IMG/VR virus record: IMGVR_UViG_3300048893_000112
Coordinates: 1 to 38,476 of that record
Strand: one strand, 5' to 3'
DNA: 38,476 nucleotides
Source of the DNA: a virus
Lineage: Duplodnaviria; Caudoviricetes
Shown here piece by piece: positions 33,447-38,476 of the stretch. Each line of letters begins with the position of its first letter. Within the stretch, counting starts at the first letter, position 1. The notes under the pieces are model-generated. The model searched no databases and was not told the DNA's origin. It saw only the letters and a list, made by a program, of their open reading frames with translations. Position numbers and translations under genes: made by a program.

Positions 33447-35138
33447 ATGCCCCGTCAACTGCACCACGCCCTGTCTGACAACAAGATCGCGAAGGCCCGC
33501 GCTGAGAAGCTCGCCGAGACCCGCGCACACAACGCCATCATCCAGGCCCGCATCGCCGCAGGCGAGACGGGCTTGAAGCTCCGCGAGGAGGGTGTCTACA
33601 CCCTGGTTGACGGGAACAAGCTATTCCTCGAAGTCGATCACCGGAAGAAGGTCGGAACCCATGTCTGGCGTGCCTACCTCACGGTCAACGGCAAAGAGAC
33701 GAAGGCCTCATACGGCCGCTACCCCGAGGTGGACATCGAGACCGCGCGCGGCAACCACGCGAAAGATCGCGCCGCCCTGGCGCGCATGCCCCACGGGCAG
33801 CAGGTGAACCCCGCAGCGCTCCGCCAGGAGGCCCTGAAGGCGGCCGAAGCCGCCGAGACCCTGCGCCTGGAAAACGAGCGCCGTCACGAGGCCGGCGAGA
33901 CCATCATCGGCACCGTCAAGTGGTACGTGGAGGAAGTCCACGCGCTCGAAAGCCCGAACTGGAAACCCGACTACGCCGACGAGTTCATTCGCGTGATGGC
34001 CAAAGACGTCTATCCCTCGATTGGGCACCTGCCCATCGAGGAGGTGACGGCCGAGCATGTCGACCAGATCCTCAAGGCCATCCTCGCGCGCCGCAACGCA
34101 AAGACCACCAAGGGCAACCTGCACACGGTCACCAAGGTTCGCCGCGGCCTGAGCTACGTCTTCGACGAAGCCCTGCACCGCAAAGCCATCAAGGCCGTCC
34201 CGATGTCGGACTCGCGCCGTGCGCGCAAAGCCTACAAGGTGCCCGCCAAAACCCCGCACGCGGCCATCATGACGCTCACGGGCCTGGGCCAGCTCGTGCG
34301 TGCGATCGGTGCCGACAGTCGTCCCCTGGCGCGTGATGCGTTCTTCCTCGCCCTGGCCACCGGCCAGCGCCGCGATACCGTCATCAACGCCCGCTGGGAC
34401 GACATCAAGTGGGCCGAGGCCGAGTGGCATATCCCGCGCTGGACGCTCGCAACCGAAGCCGCCGAGGCCGCGCGCCTGGAGGCGATGGGCATCATCGATG
34501 CGACCGAGGACGGGCGCGTCAAGGTGGTGGGGGCGATGAAGGGCGACTTCACCGATGACAACACCCAGCCGCACAAGGTGCCCCTCTCGCGCCAGACGAT
34601 GGAGATGCTGCAGCACCTCCTGGACAGACAGATCGCCGCCGGCACCCTGTGCCCCTTCGTCTTCCCGAGCTATGACTCCAAAGACCGCTATGTCCACGGC
34701 ATGGGCACCAACGTGATCGGCGAGATGCTGCGCGAGGGTCACGAGGCGGGCTTGCATGCCAAGCACACCCTTCACGGCAATCGCGCGACGATGCGCACGC
34801 TGATGATTCGAGAGCTCGGCGACGACTTCACCCTGGTTGACGACCGGGGCATCGAGCGCCGTTTCGACACGCACCTCGCGCTGGAGATCCAGCTCGATCA
34901 CACCAATGGCCCGGCCATGCAGGCGGTGACCTCGAACCTGGGGGACTCGTACTATCGCGATGACATGCTGGAGCAGCGCCGGCACCTCATGCAGCTCTGG
35001 TCGGACGTCATCGAGCGCGAGTTCAACCGCAAGCCCGAGCAAGCGCTGGTCGCCGCCTCGCCCCTGGCCCCCAACCAGCTCGCCGCCCTGGCAGCGCTGA
35101 AGGCCCGTAAGGCCCCCGCGCCGCAACTCGCCGCCTAG
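33447..35138 (+). CDS. int: Tyrosine integrase, P4-like with arm-binding domain, 563 aa
   Basis: GRYPEVDIETAR arm domain; catalytic TGQR, MK, HGNR, LDH, YYR...RR.LMQ.W; GAGGAG RBS. Confidence 0.93.
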   Translation: MPRQLHHALSDNKIAKARAEKLAETRAHNAIIQARIAAGETGLKLREEGVYTLVDGNKLFLEVDHRKKVGTHVWRAYLTVNGKETKASYGRYPEVDIETARGNHAKDRAALARMPHGQQVNPAALRQEALKAAEAAETLRLENERRHEAGETIIGTVKWYVEEVHALESPNWKPDYADEFIRVMAKDVYPSIGHLPIEEVTAEHVDQILKAILARRNAKTTKGNLHTVTKVRRGLSYVFDEALHRKAIKAVPMSDSRRARKAYKVPAKTPHAAIMTLTGLGQLVRAIGADSRPLARDAFFLALATGQRRDTVINARWDDIKWAEAEWHIPRWTLATEAAEAARLEAMGIIDATEDGRVKVVGAMKGDFTDDNTQPHKVPLSRQTMEMLQHLLDRQIAAGTLCPFVFPSYDSKDRYVHGMGTNVIGEMLREGHEAGLHAKHTLHGNRATMRTLMIRELGDDFTLVDDRGIERRFDTHLALEIQLDHTNGPAMQAVTSNLGDSYYRDDMLEQRRHLMQLWSDVIEREFNRKPEQALVAASPLAPNQLAALAALKARKAPAPQLAA

Positions 35139-35512
35139 TCGTCCTGGTAGTCGCCGGGCGTCCCGGCGATGATCCAATTGGCCTTCCTGGCCCTCTTGGC
35201 CCCGCTCCTGCGGGGCTTCGCCATTCTGGCTTTGCGGGCCCGGCTCTCGTCGGTCTCGGGCGGCGTGGTCGTCCCCGCGGGCAGGGGCCCGCGGCGCTGC
35301 ATCACGAGGACGAGGGCGGCCCGCCAGACATTGCGCGAGTTCGGGTCGTGGGGGTCGGCCTTCTCGGGACGCTCCCACCGGCCCTCATACATCGCGTTGC
35401 GGAACGTCTTCTCCGTGCGATATCCGAGATACTGGGCGACCTGCTTGGTGTCCAACGCTTTGTTGGGGTGCACCGTGTCGAGGGCTGCGAGAAGACTGGT
35501 ACGAGTGGCCAT
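35135..35512 (-). CDS. Excisionase/AlpA-like winged-helix DNA-binding protein
   Basis: LDTKQVAQYLG...TF......G.W..P........VW; AAGGAG RBS; convergent on int, both stops in one CTAG. Confidence 0.7.
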   Translation of the reverse strand: MATRTSLLAALDTVHPNKALDTKQVAQYLGYRTEKTFRNAMYEGRWERPEKADPHDPNSRNVWRAALVLVMQRRGPLPAGTTTPPETDESRARKARMAKPRRSGAKRARKANWIIAGTPGDYQDD

Positions 35513-35541
35513 AATTGTTTGTCTCCTTTCATGCGGCGGCT

Positions 35542-35558
35542 AACCGACTTAGTCGGTT
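35542..35558. promoter_or_regulatory. Palindrome AACCGACT-T-AGTCGGTT upstream of the xis-like gene
   Basis: Perfect 8-bp arms in intergenic DNA, no U tract. Confidence 0.5.
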
Positions 35559-35598
35559 GATACCTCTCCGCGTATACGTGAGTGAAGAGCTTTAGAGC

Positions 35599-35856
35599 TC
35601 AGTGCGCGACTGGCTTCTTAACGCTCTCACTACCCCCCAGTTCGTTGCCTGCGACCTTCTCGGCCAACATCAACAACGTGGGAATGAGCTGCTCGGGGCC
35701 GAGCGTGCTCACGAACGAGGTGACCCCTCCCGAGGTCACGATGACGGCAACACCGAAGCGCAACCCGCTCTGGCGCTGATATTCCTCGATCATCCCCTGC
35801 ACATCCAGCATGATCTGATGGACTTCCTCGGGGGTGAGCTTTGACGGCAGGGTCAC
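35599..35856 (-). CDS. Hypothetical protein, 85 aa
   Basis: GGAG RBS; in operon. Confidence 0.65.
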   Translation of the reverse strand: MTLPSKLTPEEVHQIMLDVQGMIEEYQRQSGLRFGVAVIVTSGGVTSFVSTLGPEQLIPTLLMLAEKVAGNELGGSESVKKPVAH

Positions 35857-35865
35857 ACGGTCTCC

Positions 35866-37290
35866 CTAATGCAGCTCCACGCCGGCTCCAGCATAGACTT
35901 CCCGCACCGCATTCACCACCGAAGTCGCGCTGCCCCAGACCCGATGGATGGGCACATGCGCCTTGCGGCATTTATCCTCCACGACGCGTAGAGCCACCTT
36001 GTTGCTCGCGATCACGACATCGCGCGGCGACCAGTCGGCGTTGACCTTGTCCGCGTCGATGAACCGCACATTGTCCGCGTACCCATTGAGCGCTTTCTTG
36101 ACCTCGGCGACCTGCCGGGGGAAGAGGCCTACAACGTCGAGCTTGACGCGTGGGACGTCCAGGCCGGCGCCTGAGAGATCCACCTTCAAGGGGGGCATGT
36201 CGACCTGGGGCGGGTGCGTGCCCGGCCCGAGGAGCTCCTCCATCACCTTGGCCACCGCAATGGGCACGAGCTGCTGCAGCCGCGCGTCGACGACCTCGAT
36301 GGCCGCGGTGGTGACCTGCTCACTGATACGCCGGTACTCGTTGGCCGCGGTGGCGGCGTGGTGGGTGGCCACGGCGTCGAACAGGGAGGTGATCAGACCC
36401 ACAAGCTGCCCGGCGACGGCCGCCATGGGCCCTCCAGGCGATTTTTCCGGGGTGGGTGAGGCCTGGGGTGCTTGAATGGCCTGCGAAGGCTCCTGGCGGG
36501 TTTCTGGAGGCGGCAGACTGGCAGCGGCTTCGCGCACGAGCTCGGCCAGGGATTTGGCGGGGGGCGCGCTGTAGGCGTAGGCATTGATGTCCGCCGGGCT
36601 CGGGCTGCCGGTGGCCTGGGGTTCGGGCTGGGGCTCCAGCTCGGGCTGCGCCTGGGGGGCGGCCTGGGGGGCGGCCTGGGGGGCGGCCTGGGCTTCCACG
36701 GTGAGGAGGGGCTGCTTGCAGGCATTGAAGGGGGGCTCGTCCTGGAGGAGCTCCTCACACTCGTGCAGGCGCCCCTTGTGGGTGAGGCGGGTGAGGGCCT
36801 CGTCGCGGTTACGCTGGGACTTCAGGGATCCGAGGGTACGCCAGCGTTGGCGGGGGAGCTCGATGCGCTGTGCGTCATCCATCTGGAACCACACGTATCG
36901 CTGGTCGCCCAGGGTGATGCGCATGTACAGGACGCGCCGGTCGACGAGGGCATACTCCCGATCTGTCCAGAACACCCGGTGGCCCTCGGGCTGGGACTCG
37001 ACGACGTCTCCGCGCAACTTCAGGCGCCGCACGAGATCCGCCCGGCCCGCGGGGGTGAGACGCTTGTAGAGGGCGATGGCCTCGGCCATCTGGTCGGTGC
37101 GTAGGGCGCGCTCCAGGCCGTCCGGGTCGCGTTGCATGTGCTCAGGCAGGTGGGACTGCGCGGCGGCAAGGGCATCGATGAACTCGTGACCTGCATCCAG
37201 GAGCGGCTTGGCCGCGGCGTAGAGCTCGGCGTAAACGGCCTTTTCCCATCGGACGAAGGCGCGCGTGTCAGGGGCGAAGGATGTTGACAT
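35866..37290 (-). CDS. Multidomain hypothetical protein, 474 aa, with a C-terminal alpha/beta (DUF2325-like) domain
   Basis: AGGAG RBS before ATG 37290; N-terminal WT..E helical unit, Pro/Ala/Gln linker, C-terminal VVGL.P.Q...G....V pattern. Confidence 0.7.
   Translation of the reverse strand: MSTSFAPDTRAFVRWEKAVYAELYAAAKPLLDAGHEFIDALAAAQSHLPEHMQRDPDGLERALRTDQMAEAIALYKRLTPAGRADLVRRLKLRGDVVESQPEGHRVFWTDREYALVDRRVLYMRITLGDQRYVWFQMDDAQRIELPRQRWRTLGSLKSQRNRDEALTRLTHKGRLHECEELLQDEPPFNACKQPLLTVEAQAAPQAAPQAAPQAQPELEPQPEPQATGSPSPADINAYAYSAPPAKSLAELVREAAASLPPPETRQEPSQAIQAPQASPTPEKSPGGPMAAVAGQLVGLITSLFDAVATHHAATAANEYRRISEQVTTAAIEVVDARLQQLVPIAVAKVMEELLGPGTHPPQVDMPPLKVDLSGAGLDVPRVKLDVVGLFPRQVAEVKKALNGYADNVRFIDADKVNADWSPRDVVIASNKVALRVVEDKCRKAHVPIHRVWGSATSVVNAVREVYAGAGVELH
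36650..36692. repeat. 12-bp tandem repeat x3.5 encoding QAAP
   Basis: GCCTGGGGGGCG repeated within the linker. Confidence 0.85.
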
Positions 37291-37413
37291 CTGGTTTTCT
37301 CCTGGAGTGAAACGCGTTCGCCCAGTGTAGCGGCCGAGCTGCAACGAAGTGTACGGTGTAATTACCGTCCGAACGAATGTCAAAGGATACCCTCGTCTCG
37401 GCATGGAATACCC

Positions 37414-37437
37414 CCCCCTGTCAAGGTTGACAGGGGG
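37414..37437. promoter_or_regulatory. Inverted repeat CCCCCTGTCAA-GG-TTGACAGGGGG
   Basis: Perfect 11-bp arms, intergenic; more TTGACA/TGTCAA hexamers at 37378 and 37440. Confidence 0.55.
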
Positions 37438-37453
37438 AGTTGACATGACAGGG

Positions 37454-37696
37454 TCAGGGCAATCCAGGCTCGGCGGCCTCGAAGAGATCCTCGTCCATGG
37501 TGGCTTCGTCGTCGCCCGTGTCGATGACCTCCACGCCCTGCTTGGCCAAGCGAATCAGCTCGTCCTGGCTTGCCACGCGCGAGAGGAAGCGCTCCCGCAC
37601 GACGCGGCGCATGGCCGCGTGAGGGTTGATGGCACGCACGAGCCACCGGTTCGGGCTCCTGGAGTCAATCACGACATAGATGCGGGTGGGTTTCAC
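37454..37696 (-). CDS. Small conserved-type phage protein
   Basis: TRIY.V......LVRA.....A.R.V.......VASQDEL..L...GV.V pattern; GTGA-coupled to bet. Confidence 0.75.
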   Translation of the reverse strand: MKPTRIYVVIDSRSPNRWLVRAINPHAAMRRVVRERFLSRVASQDELIRLAKQGVEVIDTGDDEATMDEDLFEAAEPGLP

Positions 37697-38476
37697 TGTT
37701 CGTCTCCTTCAAATCGGCGCGCATGCGCCGTGCACAGTTCGCGAAGCTCCTCTTCATTGAGCAGCTCGCGGGCTTCCTCGATGATCATTTCGGACTCGAA
37801 CGTATCGGTGGCGCGCTCCACCTGGGCGAGGAAGTCGCCGAGGGTCGGGGGTGGGGGATCGGCTGACGCGTGCTCGGGGCTTGACTCGGTCACGGGCTCG
37901 ACGTCAGTCACATCCGCCTGGGCCATCGCTTGGAAGCGCTCCGCGTTCGACGGGGGCGGGGCCGGGACGGAGACGGTGCGGGGCACGGTACCCCTCACGA
38001 TGTCTTCGGCCTCCTCCTCGTCATAGATGCCCGAGAAGCCGAACGCGTAGCGCCCGCACTGCATCGTGGCCTTGTGGCGCATCATCCGGTGCACCATTTT
38101 CCAGGCCTCGGTGGGCCGGCGGCACTCGCTCAAGTACTCGGTCACGACGATGGGGTGCGAGCGATCCTTGCGCCAGATGGTGCAGGTCATCGAGCCTTCG
38201 GAGTCGTTCCACTGGGTTTCCATGCCATCAAACATCGGGTGCGTGTTGATGATGTGGAGCCACCCGTCGATCCCCACCACCGGGACAATCCCGCCGTGCT
38301 TGTCGGGGTAGGCATAAATCTGCTTGGTGAAGGGGTCGAGGCGGTGCCGCTCGGCCACGATCAGCAGCGCCATCATCTGTTCATTCGAGACGGGCTTCTC
38401 GGTGCGAAACGCCGTGGCGCGCAGGGTGGTGAGGAGCTTGTGAGGCTCGATCCCATAGCGCTCCGCGGTGCGCACG
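37693..38476 (-). CDS. bet: Single-strand annealing protein Bet (5' end outside the right edge)
   Basis: TTLRATAF, ALLIVA....LDPFTKQIYAYPDK.GGIVPVVGIDGW..IIN, CTIWRKDR.HP, MMRHKA..QC.R.AFGF.GIYD.EEAE closely follow lambda Bet. Confidence 0.93.
   Translation of the reverse strand, partial: VRTAERYGIEPHKLLTTLRATAFRTEKPVSNEQMMALLIVAERHRLDPFTKQIYAYPDKHGGIVPVVGIDGWLHIINTHPMFDGMETQWNDSEGSMTCTIWRKDRSHPIVVTEYLSECRRPTEAWKMVHRMMRHKATMQCGRYAFGFSGIYDEEEAEDIVRGTVPRTVSVPAPPPSNAERFQAMAQADVTDVEPVTESSPEHASADPPPPTLGDFLAQVERATDTFESEMIIEEARELLNEEELRELCTAHARRFEGDEQ

Larger units (their letters stand above)
1..38476. mobile_element. Near-complete temperate short-tailed phage genome, circularly permuted, probably the excised or virion form
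   Basis: Continuous phage gene set (terminase, portal, capsid, adaptor, hub, ejection proteins, fibre, integrase, recombinase). No tape measure and no host genes. The Bet gene spans the two ends and the attP-like site is internal. Confidence 0.93.

Noticed and set aside
37291-37446. Upstream extension of the 526-aa ORF, and likewise 31135..31236 and 31407..31454
   Set aside because: These overlap promoter or operator elements; the downstream ATGs have better leaders.

Overview
The window looks like an almost complete, circularly permuted genome of a GC-rich temperate tailed phage with a short-tail (podovirus-type) gene set. The host is probably a proteobacterium; this is inferred from the gene families, not shown. 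A Bet recombinase gene appears split between the two ends of the window. Modules in order: (i) leftward recombination genes (ExoVIII-like nuclease, Bet); (ii) rightward Cro-like gene, putative helicase loader, initiator with internal palindromic iterons, RusA-like resolvase; (iii) terminase, portal, a large cargo-like protein, scaffold, major capsid, adaptor, tail hub, GNAT, ejection proteins, tail fibre; (iv) a lysis-position cassette with a GH5-fold protein that has altered catalytic motifs and no recognisable endolysin; (v) a leftward cassette with duplicated operator-containing promoters and an XRE gene; (vi) small rightward genes including a fusion ending in an HTH-less HigA antitoxin domain; (vii) an intact attP-like region, a P4-type integrase ending in LAA, and a convergent excisionase-like gene. 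The best leads are the orphan HigA-domain fusion, a peptide motif LAxx[LM]R[QA]DA shared by unrelated late proteins, the GH5-like protein, two candidate structured RNAs, and the absence of a CI-type repressor. All family calls come from recognising motifs by eye; no searches were run.
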